A stretch of DNA of 63,967 nucleotides, the filler included, from Reticulomyxa filosa (Eukaryota; Protista; Foraminifera): assembly GCA_000512085.1 (NCBI GenBank). It is 25 parts of 25 records of this genome, joined end to end, with 100 filler letters (N's around TTAATTAATTAA, not from the genome) between each part and the next. Parts side by side here need not be neighbours in the genome. Positions count along the whole stretch, not along the records: positions 1 to 2,801 come from ASPP01046009.1; positions 2,902 to 4,436 come from ASPP01049247.1; positions 4,537 to 6,581 come from ASPP01021386.1; positions 6,682 to 16,661 come from ASPP01006979.1; 21 more parts are not named here. One strand, 5' to 3'. Positions 1 through 12,467 of the stretch are shown here, in pieces. Each line of letters starts with the position of its first letter. Positions within the stretch are counted from its first letter, which is position 1. A program made the translations under genes and the position numbers. The notes under the pieces are model-generated. The model did not search any database. It saw nothing but the letters and a program-made list of their open reading frames with translations, and was not told the DNA's origin.

Positions 1-149
1 GAACATATACAGTTGAGAGTATAAATTGCAACGTCAGGCATTATCTAGCTAGATTTAGGCGCTGGTCAAGATGCTATTCAAAATCTCCAGCTATGGTTGA
101 ATTAGCCATAGTCTTCTTATTTGAAGAAGGCTTGCTGATGTATCTTTAA

Positions 150-1352
150 GGTAGCAATCCCAAAAAAGGATGGAGCACCATTGTTCAGAAAGCCATTTAT
201 ATTAGTAGAGCGAATTTATTAAGTCTAGATCCAGGATCCATATCATATACTCTAACAGCAATAGATAGTGGATATCCTACAATAGCTATTTCTTTGTTTA
301 ATGAAGGTGCTCCATTTCGTGCACGCGATTTGGATTTAGCAATCAAAAAAGGAGTGAACGAGGTAGTTGATTATGCTATTCAGATAGCTAAGCAAGGTAA
401 ATTTGATGTAAATAATAATTCCAACAAACTTTATAAACAACCATTCATCACTGTAGCTATATCAAACAACCAAGAAAATATCGCAATTTCCCTTTTAAAA
501 GCTGGTGCTAAACTTTCTGAAAATGATTTAAGTTATGCATTACAAAAAGGATGGAAAAACTTTCCTAACAATGTCGTTGAACTCGCTTCAAATAATAAAG
601 GCTTCAAAGCTTCTATTCTTGAATTGTTAGGAAATAATGTATCGGATTACAATGCTTTTACCAAGCTATTCCCAGAACTATTAAATAAAGTGATAAATAA
701 AACTCAGCAACAACCTAACTCCTTTATCGAAATTGCGCTGCAGTTTTTGACTGAATTATTCAATAAATCGACAACTTATGTTGAGAAATATTCTAATACT
801 GTTGTTCACGCTTACGCAGCTTCAAAGGTTGATAACATAAAAGTAAAAGATCTGATCCAAAGCATGAAGATGAACGTTAATTCGAAAAATATTTTCGGTG
901 ATACCCCTCTACATTTTGGCGTTTGTAGTGATTATTATAAAGTGATCAAAAATATTTATATACATAAGAACACTAAAAATTTCCTAATAAAAGATAAAGA
1001 CAACACTAAAAATCCAGAAGAAAAATATGTTTCATTTTTTGGTGATAATGAATCTTTTTATGCTGGCGAATATACTTATAATGATACTCAAAGCTCCTTT
1101 AAGGCAAAAAATGGAATAATTATTTATGTTAAAAAGCACAGCAGCAACTTCAGATTTGAAGTTGAGACCTCTTACTCTACATTACCAGTAGAAAAAGTTG
1201 AATTTTTATTACAAATGGGTGTAGATGCTAAAGCAAAAAACAGTTTTGGATTATCTCCTAGAGCTGTGATTGCAAACTTCTGTCCAGATTTCATGGAAGA
1301 ATTCGAGCAAATGGTTAGTAAATTTGCTATTCCTGTGCATGGAGATTTATAG
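150..1352 (+). CDS. Bacterial ankyrin-repeat protein (Rickettsiales-like); 5' part disrupted or partial
   Basis: ANK-like units AIDSGYPTIAISLFNEGA, AISNNQENIAISLLKAGA, VNSKNIFGDTPLHFG and VEFLLQMGVDAKAKNSFGLSP. The frame is open from 150, upstream of the TTG at 294, after a TAA at 147-149. No introns; neighbours yciB. Confidence 0.75.
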   Translation, partial: GSNPKKGWSTIVQKAIYISRANLLSLDPGSISYTLTAIDSGYPTIAISLFNEGAPFRARDLDLAIKKGVNEVVDYAIQIAKQGKFDVNNNSNKLYKQPFITVAISNNQENIAISLLKAGAKLSENDLSYALQKGWKNFPNNVVELASNNKGFKASILELLGNNVSDYNAFTKLFPELLNKVINKTQQQPNSFIEIALQFLTELFNKSTTYVEKYSNTVVHAYAASKVDNIKVKDLIQSMKMNVNSKNIFGDTPLHFGVCSDYYKVIKNIYIHKNTKNFLIKDKDNTKNPEEKYVSFFGDNESFYAGEYTYNDTQSSFKAKNGIIIYVKKHSSNFRFEVETSYSTLPVEKVEFLLQMGVDAKAKNSFGLSPRAVIANFCPDFMEEFEQMVSKFAIPVHGDL

Positions 1353-1686
1353 ATAAAAAACTTACCCTGCTAAATTCGATATTATAAATTTACACTTTGA
1401 TATTGAATACGCTAAGTTAACTACCAAATGTTAACATATTTATGAATGAAAGCGATGCTTAACCTGATCTTTTCAAATACAGATTTGTTTATATTATCGC
1501 TTTGTTCTTTCTTTATTATAATAATTGTAAGGAAGATTTTTTTAAGCGCATCGGTTATATACTATTATATCATTTATGCTTAATGATAGTATTTAGTGTT
1601 ACCGTTATCGATGGTGGTGTCCAAAACTTTGATTATGAATTATTAGAAAATTTATTGCCCTAGAGAAAAGCAATACTCTTGAGCAA

Positions 1687-1908
1687 GTGAAGAATAATCC
1701 TGATAATTATGACCAAAATTTGCAATTTGTTTTAAAAAATTATCATAATTCAGATGAGTTTAGAGATTATATTAAACAATATGATGCCGGCGTAGATAGA
1801 GCAGAAGCTGCATGTATAGGCTGGCTATTTGTGATTATATCTGAGATTTTATTAGCATTTGTAGGATTATTAACTTTGGCAGCGAATAGAATCAAGAAAT
1901 CTAAATAA
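1687..1908 (+). CDS. Small hypothetical membrane protein, probably the 3' remnant of a longer disrupted ORF starting near 1446
   Basis: C-terminal hydrophobic helix; hydrophobic coding-like sequence upstream is interrupted by stops. Confidence 0.35.
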   Translation: MKNNPDNYDQNLQFVLKNYHNSDEFRDYIKQYDAGVDRAEAACIGWLFVIISEILLAFVGLLTLAANRIKKSK

Positions 1909-1988
1909 TATGGGTAAAGTAAACTCAAAATGAGCTTTATATAAGCTTATAAATACGCTATAATTTTAGCTAAATTTACATACAGGGT

Positions 1989-2528
1989 ATGGCGTTGAAA
2001 ACTTTTTTAGAATTATTTCCCTTAATCATATTTTTCTTATTATATAGTAAATTTGGAATCATCCAAGCTACGGGGGGGTTAATGATTGCTTCGCTTATAT
2101 CGATTGCATTGACCTATATCATTTATAGAAAAGTTACAGGAATGATGATCTTTTCAAACATCGTACTGGTAGTTTTTGGCAGCTTAACTTATTTCAGCGG
2201 CAATGCTTTATTTATAAAAATCAAACCGACTATATTTTATACTTTGATGAGCCTTGTGCTTTTATACGATATTATAGCTCAAAAAGGCTTGCTAAAATAT
2301 GTTTTCGGCAATGCATTTGATTTAAATTTAAAAACCTATCTAAACTTATCCAAGCAATGGTTTTGCTACTTTATTTTTTGCGCACTTTTAAATGAGATTA
2401 TCTGGAGAAATTTCTCAGAAGCGTTTTGGGTTAAGTTTAAGGTCTTTGGTTTTCTTGGTATTACTTTTGTTTTTGTTCTCATGCAGATGCTTTATATTTC
2501 TCGCAATGCTAAAAGAGAATTGCAATAA
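1989..2528 (+). CDS. yciB: Intracellular septation protein A / inner membrane protein YciB (IspZ)
   Basis: 179 aa with 5 TM segments and family motifs ELFPLIIFF, FIKIKPTIFY, LNEIIWRNFSEAFWVKFKVFG; alphaproteobacterial style. Confidence 0.93.
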   Translation: MALKTFLELFPLIIFFLLYSKFGIIQATGGLMIASLISIALTYIIYRKVTGMMIFSNIVLVVFGSLTYFSGNALFIKIKPTIFYTLMSLVLLYDIIAQKGLLKYVFGNAFDLNLKTYLNLSKQWFCYFIFCALLNEIIWRNFSEAFWVKFKVFGFLGITFVFVLMQMLYISRNAKRELQ

Positions 2529-2801
2529 CTTAAATGGCGGCATCCTGTACTCCGCAAAGCCACTGTAAGCAGCGCCAAATAATTTAAATAGGTTATTGAT
2601 TTCTGTTGCATCCTCTAAATCAATATGGAAAAAATCTGCTAGGGAAATAGGTTTATTTTTATTTGTTATCGCAAAAAATTTCTTAATCGGCTTTATCAAT
2701 TCTAACCTATCTGCCATTGCTTGATTAATGAATTGCATTCCTATCAGTTCATCTAATTTATAATAGACTTCTTTCGAAACTAAAAGAAATAGATTAAAAA
2801 G
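2415..2801 (-). CDS. 3' end of a convergent hypothetical bacterial gene (partial)
   Basis: Frame stays open to the contig end and overlaps the yciB 3' end; no recognisable motif. Confidence 0.3.
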   Translation of the reverse strand, partial: LFNLFLLVSKEVYYKLDELIGMQFINQAMADRLELIKPIKKFFAITNKNKPISLADFFHIDLEDATEINNLFKLFGAAYSGFAEYRMPPFKLLQFSFSIARNIKHLHENKNKSNTKKTKDLKLNPKRF

Positions 2802-4536
2802 NNNNNNNNNNNNNNNNNNNNNNNNNNNNNNNNNNNNNNNNNNNNTTAATTAATTAANNNNNNNNNNNNNNNNNNNNNNNNNNNNNNNNNNNNNNNNNNN
2901 NTAATAAAAATAAAAGAAAATAAGAAGAAAAAAGATGGAAAAAAAGAATAAGAAAAAAAAATGATAAAAAAGAAAATAATGAATGAAAGAAAAAAAAAAA
3001 AGAATAAGAACGATAAGAAAGAAGATAATTAATGAAATAGAAAAAAAAAATAAGTGAAAATAAAAAAAATAAAAGAATAAGAATGAAAAAACTTATAATA
3101 AAATGTTATTTTTTAAATTTTTTATGGAAAAAAAATAATGGATGTCCCGCTCAAGGATATCGATCTAGTTAAGTTATTTTTTTATCATTTGTGTTTGTTT
3201 AAAAAAATTGAAATACTTATAACATTATAGAAATAGAACATCGGATTCTCTTTAGCGAAGAAATTGTCAACGATCAAGTAGTTATGTGATTTGAATTATT
3301 TGTAAGAAGTAAGAAATGGAATGGATATGATGGTCAACAATATTATGTGCATTCGATCCAACTTCGATTCAATCTATCCACTTTTGCGGAACACCAACAT
3401 CTTTGACTTTCCAGTGCACGCAAATAACGCGCATTCGTTGTTTGTATACAGCTCATATGATCCTTTAATTTCGACAATACGCTGCCAACGCCTCTCAAAC
3501 GCTATGCTCAATTTCACACATTCACAGCAACGACAATTACACCGTTCACAAACAAAATACATCAAATATTAGTTTGGACAAACTGCTCTTCCAAGGCATT
3601 TTTGGAAGTGTTTCAAATTGAGTTCCATTGGACCATATTTGTCCAAACAGTCCAGCTGCATTTATTTTCGAACATGGGACAGATTCGTCAATCTCGAGCA
3701 AGTATTACAAAGTGTTGATACACTTACAGTAAATTCGAACAAATATTCCATATTTCGATAGCTGCATGATTATGAGTTGAACATGGCATCCAAGATCAAA
3801 TCGTAAGTGGCCAAATATCGCATCAAAAGAAGAAAAAGACCAGCCAGTTGAATTAAATGGGACAAGTAGTTACCTATCTCTTTCTTTAATAATATACAAT
3901 TAGTGTGTTATCCTGTATATGTACATAAATAGATCTGAAATAACAAAAAATATTGTCCAGAAGAAATCGTTAGTAGTTATGAACAATTTGCCCAAATTTG
4001 AGTCTGTATATTATACGTGGTCATGTTTTGGTTATATTTACACTATCTATGATCAATATGAGCATCCCCAATAAATTGTGCTAATCAAAAAATTAACTTA
4101 TTAACATAGCTGGTAGACAAATAAATTGGGATCAGGTTCAGTAATCTTGGAATTGGCTCCACAAATGGTCAATTAAAATATGAGAAGAAATCTACAATTG
4201 AATTGCCAAATCTTAAAATGTAATCCGTGTCACGAGTCACCACCGAGGGCCGATACGATATTGATCCAATCTATTGACAAAGTGCAGTACAATTATGTTG
4301 TCATCAAACTCGATCTCTTTTGATATATTGTGATTACAATTCAAAAGTGGATTAATTTGTGGTAAGCTCACAAGTCAATCCACGTAATTCATAATACATC
4401 AACCCAAGAAAATAACTTTACCAGAGTTGTGATGAANNNNNNNNNNNNNNNNNNNNNNNNNNNNNNNNNNNNNNNNNNNNTTAATTAATTAANNNNNNNN
4501 NNNNNNNNNNNNNNNNNNNNNNNNNNNNNNNNNNNN

Positions 4537-4616
4537 ACATGCACATGCACATGCAAATGTACATGCAAATGCACATGCAAATGTACATGCACATGCACAT
4601 GCAAATGCACATGCAC
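4537..4616 (+). repeat. (CATGCA/AATGCA)n hexamer microsatellite encoding His-Ala repeats in frame with CLP1
   Basis: Direct reading gives HAHAHANVHANAHANVHAHAHANAHA. Confidence 0.85.
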
Positions 4617-5553
4617 TGAGATCATCACTTAGCAGAGACAATAACAATGACAATAACAAGGACAATGACAATGATGATATTTTTAATAGCATATCGCCAT
4701 TATATTTCCATTTCATGTCGCGTGCCAGCGTGGCCATGAAAAAGGTGCTGCTGCAAAACCAACATTGCCAACGTGCTGGTGCGATTATCAACACCTGTGG
4801 CTTTGTCAGCATTCCACTGCTCGACTGGATGATACGCACTTATTGCGTCAATGTCGTCGTCGTTTTGGAGGATCACACACGCGAAAAAAAGGCATTCAAT
4901 CCCTCATTCGCCATTATCATCAACAGGTTCTTCTTTATTCCATTCCAAAGTCTCCTGCTGTTCGCACCAGACATCCAACTGAACGCAAATATACTCGAAA
5001 TAACGCCATTGCTCATTACTTCTTTGGAGAGCACGTTTTGGTTCTTGACCCCGCTCACATAACGGCACCCACTTTATCCAATACACGCAAAGTCGCACCC
5101 ACACTGCAAACCAGTGCAGTTTTGAGCCACTTGAAAACACGTCAGACATGGCAAATCCAGCACTTTATTGTTGAACGTGTGTTCACCTTTCAACAATTCC
5201 AATTGTTTCAAATCCTCTTTCACTTTCCAAAGTCAAAAAGTAAAAATAAAAGTAACACCACGACCTCTTCCAGTTCGACTCCAACATTAACTAAAAAAAT
5301 GCATGTTCAAAAAATTACTCTCGGTAAGCATATTGAAAATCATGTCGTTGCTGCCACTTATGCACAAAAACCTAATGAAATTTTGAAAGTAAACGTTGCT
5401 GGCTTTCTTTTTGTTAAACGTGTTGATCCGGGTACTCAACTTGTTACTTGTGTTAGCACTACTCCGCATGACTTGCCGGGACTGTTGTTGTGTGGTAACA
5501 TTGCTTGGCAAGACGGTGCTAATCTTTCAACGTTGCCATTGAAATCTACTTGA
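4538..5553 (+). CDS. CLP1: Polynucleotide 5'-hydroxyl kinase Clp1 (partial, C-terminal portion) with one frameshift at the A7 run near 4884-4890
   Basis: GAIINTCGFV...VNVVVVLED in one frame joins IPKSPAVRTRHPTERKYTRNNAIAHYFFG...NVAGFLFVKRVD...LPGLLLCGNIAWQD in the next. These match Clp1 motifs INTCGW, VDVVVVLD, LPKSGGV, IREYFYG, SVAGFIVVTSVD. Confidence 0.88.
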
Positions 5554-5862
5554 ATTAAACTTAGATGATTTTATATATACATATACATATATATATATAT
5601 ATTTCTTTCTTCTCGTAATATATGTGCTATGGCATTAATTTTATTGTTTTGTTTTATTTTGTTTAAAAGCTAGTCGTTTCGACGTGAAAATTTGTGTCTT
5701 TCTTACACTTGCCAGTATACTGACGTTTAAAAAATAGTTGATGTTCATTCTAATTTCTTATTTCCAGCACAGACAAGAAGTGAGCTTTTGCAGTTAAAAA
5801 AAGGGCCTGCGTTGTCGCGCAACTTTTGATAATAGAAAACGTATAAACAAATACTCAAATAA

Positions 5863-6581
<719 letters not shown>

Positions 6582-7810
6582 NNNNNNNNNNNNNNNNNNN
6601 NNNNNNNNNNNNNNNNNNNNNNNNNTTAATTAATTAANNNNNNNNNNNNNNNNNNNNNNNNNNNNNNNNNNNNNNNNNNNNCTTTCGTATTACAGTTTGC
6701 ACACCTCTTTCAGCAGCAGGAAAACTCACAGTTTCTTGTTCAATCTTTCCTTTTGTACATTTTCAAAAGACTCTTGAAATAACTAAATTAAAAAAAATTT
6801 TGTCATAAAAATGATTAAAGATTGAATAAAGATCAAAATTATGTTTAAAGATTCTATTTTAAATTATTTTTTAAATTTACATTCAATATTCGAGTCATAC
6901 TATTCCTTTTGATTCTTTTATCCAAATTTTACTTATTTTTTCAAAAAAGATATAATAAAATCTAATTACATATCAAAAACAATACTGCACAAAATACGTC
7001 TCATGTAGGTCATCTATTTTTCCAAATTAAAATAATAATTATTTTATTTGATTTATTACATAATAATTTATTAAAATCATAAATCCATACAAATTTAACT
7101 TGTATGATTTTTATACAATATTGAATAATAAAGTTAATTTTGTTTTGATATTTTATTTTATTTTTATATTTATATAATTGAAATAAATAAATAATTTCCA
7201 GATATAAAATATCACATACACTATCTTTAGTCTTCATGTGATTTAATAATTTTACATATTGATTTTATATTCTAATTATTTGTATATCACATATTGTTCA
7301 TTTAATATTACAATACTATTATATAATGTAATAGGTAAAATATCATCAAATGTTGTATATTTATTTTCTTTTCTGGTAACTCATTCAAAGTTTAAATGAG
7401 ACCAGAATGTTCATGTCAATTAGAACTATATGAAAAAAAGTAATCCTTTTAAAAGAAAAAAAAAGACTATAACAAAATACGATTACTTTGTCCAGACCAA
7501 TTGCAAATAATTTCATCTTAATTTATATTATTTTTCTGTTGAAAAACTGAATCATTGCAAAAAAAATTACAAGCTTAATGGTCAAGGTTAGAAGGTCTTG
7601 AAACTGTTTTCTCGAACACTTTTACTATCACTTTCAAAGTTTTTCTTGCTATTTCTTTTTAGTTACAAATTACATTTGGAGTCGTTAAAATAATTATACT
7701 ATCTTTTTAAGGATTGGACTGTTCTAGTTCACACTGTTTTTCAAATTAAAGGGCTTGAATAACTTAAAAAATTTGGCCAAGTTTGAAATTGTTCGACCAA
7801 GCTTTTTGAA

Positions 7811-8996
7811 ATGGTGGACCTCTATATATATTTAGATGATTGGAAATATTTTCATGAAAAATGAATACACTGTGTTGACAGAGGTTCGTGATTCAAAGAG
7901 TGTCAAGAGCTTCGGTGACCGTGGAAAGCAAAGTAATATCTTCCATTGAACGAGGTTTGATGATATTGGTTGGAATAACTCAAGACGACAAAGAATTGCA
8001 CGCCAAAAAACTGTGTGTTTTTTTTTTTGGTTCAAATGATGACTTTTATAAATTTGTATCTTCGCTTAGCAATAGCACGAACGTCTCTTATTATTTTTAA
8101 AAAAAACAGAGTAAATAAGGTGTTAAATATGCGATTATGGCCAGATGCCGAACAACGCCCATGGAAAACAAGTATTGTTGATCAACAATACAAAATACTA
8201 TTTGGTGAGATCCGAATTTATATAATATATATATCTACTCTTTCTTCTCTACTTCTTTTTTTTTTTTATAAATATGATTGTATAGTGAGCCAATTTACGT
8301 TGTATGCAAGGATGAAAGGAACAAAGCCAGATTACAGTCATGCAATGAATCCAAAAGATGCAAAGGGTTTGTACGATAAATTGCTGGAAATTGCAAGGCA
8401 GGAATATGCACCAGACAAAATTGCAGGTTTTTTTAATAAATAAATGACATTAAAAAAAAACAACACTTTTTCTACACAAACAATTTGGTGACTGTTTCAA
8501 AAGATGGGGAATTTGGAGCTTTTATGAATGTCGATCTATGCAATGATGGACCTGTGTAATACTTTCTTTTTTTTTTTTTCATTTATTTTTGTTGCTTGTT
8601 GTTTCTTTAATGACTGTCGCTTTCATTTTGGTTTGGTGGTGTATGTGTCCATATATACCTGAAAACTTCAGAACCATTTGCATAGACACTGATTCAGATG
8701 GACCGACCAGACAAACGAAAGATCCCAATTCCAAACGATCACAAGCCAAAGAGAACAAAAAAAAAGAAGGCAAAGATAATGATACTGACACAATTCCCCA
8801 AAATAAATCCAAAGTAAAACACACCAATCCTATTAATACTCATCATGCTCAAAAAAACTCGGAGTCCACTTTATCATCTCAATCCACTAATGAGAAAGTA
8901 CATGATGTTCAAAAGCTTAATGATATATCACAAACTTGTCCACAACAAAACTCTGATTTTAGATTGAGAGAATGGCACCCATTGTCAACCTTTTGA
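7811..8996 (+). CDS. DTD1: D-aminoacyl-tRNA deacylase; exons 7811-7813, 7882-8012, 8110-8204, 8286-8426, 8504-8555, 8672-8996
   Basis: Spliced product MRFVIQRVSRASVTV...VSQFTLY...KGTKPDYSHAM...GEFGAFMNVDLCNDGPVTICID. SQFTL and Gly-cisPro (GP) motifs are present, and all five introns are GT-AG and in phase. Confidence 0.93.
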
Positions 8997-10121
8997 AGCC
9001 TTTTTTTCTCTCATACTAATGTTTTGCATATTTTCGGTCATGTTTTTCTTTTTGCGTGAAAATTGTATTGTATCCTTTGTGTTGCCAATCATTGAACTCA
9101 AAAAAAGGACTTCAAGACTCAAATGAACATTGACGTTAAATAGTAGTGCATTGACATACATGATGTTTGTAATATAAACACAAAACAACACTAAAATCAA
9201 TTCCAGTGGTTATGAACAGATTATTAATACTAATGATGTAAGTAAACGTGCTTTACATTGTATTTTATCAACAGCAAATACTTCTTATTGATCCAATATT
9301 TAATCTATTATACAAATATTTCATCAAATAACTATAATGTAATATTTTTGCAAATCTGTAATCAAATTATAAGATTAATACTGTCTATGTCATTTTCGAT
9401 CCTTTTTTTCAAATATTTTTTTTTGGTTATTTTATTTACATTAACCCATATACAATACTTGTACATGTAGAAATTAAATATTGCTATCAAAATTAAATTT
9501 ACTATTAGTTTATCACAATAAGTACAATTAAAAGATTTAATATTATATAAAGATAATATTGACAAATTTAACATTAATTATACTGATAATTCTGCATTGC
9601 TGTAAAACATTTGTAATTACTGGCTTTATCCCAAATTTTATATTTGAAATGTTATTGCAAAGACTTTTTTCTGTTCTTATTTTTACAAAAAAACTTCTGA
9701 ATACGTGATAATTCAAAGTAATAAAAGATGAATGAATTGTGTAGAAAAGTCATATATGTTAATCTAAAAAATCGATTTTTTTTGAAATAATGATGTCATT
9801 ATAAAAAAAGCAATTGTTCCGATTTTGCGAATATCAGATGTACATGTATGTTTTCTAGTTGAAAGAAAAAAATAATAAAAAAAATCTTTTCATCAGAAAG
9901 CAAAGATCCATTTGTTAGATTCTTTTTGGCGGAATTATCCCAAGTGTAACAATGGAGTTGTTTCGAACGCTTATTTGGTAAGTGGAGGGGCAGTGGTTTG
10001 GATGTGTACAAAAATAAAGAGCAAACGCGACAAAAAAAAGAGGAAGGAAAAAAACAATGGTTTGGAAAAAAAACATGAAAACATACAGGGAGGAACAAAA
10101 AAACACAGCGAAATAGCCTAC

Positions 10122-12047
10122 ATGGAAGTGATTCCATTTTCATTTGCCTCACCCTGCAGCAGCGAGAGATGGCACCAAAATCGACGACGATTGTTGGAAG
10201 GCGAGGCCAAAAGCGACACAGACCTGCAAGCAGACGAAGAAGCAGCATTACAACAAAGGTTAGCAAATGACATGGTGCGAACGATTCAATTTCTGTGGTT
10301 CTTTGGAATATTCTCGGTTATTTTTTGTGGCTTATCTTTCGTGGTCTATCAAAAGCCTAACGACACGCCACAGGGACAAAGTTTGGTTTCAAAAATTCGA
10401 CGAGCGCCATTCCTGGGATGGTTCTTTCGTCAGCCTTACGGACATCGGCTGTCCTCCACCGCTGCAGATACTGAATTAGTGCCACTGACCAAGAATGACA
10501 TCCAAATCATCACAGGTTTGTGTTTTTTTTTTTGTTGTGTGTGCGTCTATGCAATATTTCGGTATAACTTTCCCTAAAAAAAAAAAACTCACCTATGTCA
10601 CATTTAATTTTTTTTTTTTTTTTTTAAATGCGATTGTGCGATTCCTAAAAAAAAAAAAAGCAAACTTTTTTTAAACCCATATTGAATCTTAGTTTGATGA
10701 TTGATATGCGGGGGGGGGGGTGATAAAAAAAAAAGATTCAAAAGGAACGACAGCAGAACGCAAAGTTCATGGCAGTGGAGAAGAAAAAACAATGGAAGAC
10801 ACCTCGAATGAGAAGCATCGCGGAGCCAGAGGTGGGAAACGTGGCGCGGCCGATGGGCCAATGAAACCTGGTGCATATTTGGTGAATAATTCACCGCAGC
10901 TGACGCTGTTGTGCTGTGGGGTGTTGCTGTTGCTGGCGTATTTGGTATGGGGCTTCTTCCAAGAGAGGATAATGGCTCATCCTTATGGCGACCCCAATGA
11001 CGAAAAAAATTGGTTCAAATCGTCCGAGTTCTTGGTATTGGTCAATCGAGCCTTTGGGTTGTTGGTTAGTTCAATAGTCATTCGATACACCAAAGGAAGT
11101 GGCTTTGATTGTCCTCCTTACTATTACGGCATGTCTGCCTTGAGCAACATGTCAAGTAGTTGGCTTCAATACGAGTCCTTGCATTACGTCACCTTTCCTG
11201 TCCAAACTGTGTTCAAGTCAGCGAAGGTACTCGTCACCATGCTCGTCAGCACTTTGATGGGAAAAAAAAATACTTGGGATCAATACTTGAGTGCAATACT
11301 CACTGGAGTTGGGGTGTACCTTTTTCTTTCTTCACAGGTAATTGTACTTTTTTTTTTTTTTTTGTATATGTATGTACATAAAAAAAAAAAAAGGGGGAGG
11401 GAGGAGGGACGAAAGAAAAAAAAAGTTCAACAACAACAACAAAAAATTCAATAATGTGCTTTGTTTAATTAATATGACAGAGAGAAGAAGGAGAAGAACG
11501 TGATATGGGATGGTATTTTTACTTAGGATTGGTGTTGGTGTCAGGCTATGCTTTGACAGATGCGTTCACTAGCAACTGGCAACAAAAGGTATTCCATGAA
11601 ACCAAAGTGTCTTCTTTTGAAATGATGCAAGGCACAAATGCTGTCACTTTTGCTGTTTCGGTTATCTTTGCATTGCCTTCTATTCCTGAAATTTTGGAAT
11701 TTTATGTTGCACATCCACTAATTATTAGCCATTCACTTATGGTGGGATTAACTGCTGGATTTGGTAATCTATATATGTATTCTTTTTTTGCCTTACAATA
11801 TTTGCATAAATATTTTGGATTTATTTGTTTTTTTTTTTTTGAAAAAAAAAAAAAAAAAGGGCAAATTCTTATTTATTTTACCGTTGAAAACTTTGGTGCC
11901 GTAAAGTTAGCAACTGTGATGACAACAAGAATGGTTGTCTCGGTTTTGCTGTCGATCATCTATTATGGCCATCCTGTAAGTATGACAGGAGTTTTAGGGA
12001 TGTTTATAACCTTTGGAGGATTGTTTTATGGCATTTTGTTCAAGTAA
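10122..12047 (+). CDS. SLC35B2: UAA-family nucleotide-sugar/PAPS transporter, PAPST1/SLC35B2-like (multi-exon; 5' end uncertain, possibly ATG at 9952)
   Basis: YLVWGFFQERIM, SEFLVLVNR, SSWLQYESLHYVTFPVQTVFKSAK, DAFTSNWQQKVF, GQILIYFTVENFGA, IMTTR-like motif; introns with poly-T/A tracts. Confidence 0.82.
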
Positions 12048-12467
12048 CGTAACAAAACAAATCGTTATTACCTTTCCTTTTTTTTCTTTCAAAGTAATAT
12101 GCTTCTTATTTTCCTACCCTATGCCCATTTTTTAAAAATCACTTGAAGTGCTTTCGTCCATAATTCTGCATGCTTATTCCTCCATAACCAACTTTCTTTT
12201 ATCAATAATTTACATCAAAAATACAATTCAAATCGAAACACTTCAAATTATATAAATAACCAAAGAATTTATTGGTACTAAATATATGATTCTGTTATTT
12301 AAGTGATTTCAATATTATGATAACACACTAATTTTACAATAATTTTTCCAAACACAAAATCCAAAAACACACCGACGACAACATACATAAAATAAATTTC
12401 GGCCAGCGTACAAAGGCGTGACACCAAAAAAATTTTTTAAAAAAATATCCACCGCAAATAATAACAA

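Noticed and set aside
2902-4436. Coding-like sequence with many stops
   Set aside because: Probably a decayed pseudogene, but I could not recognise any family, so no call.
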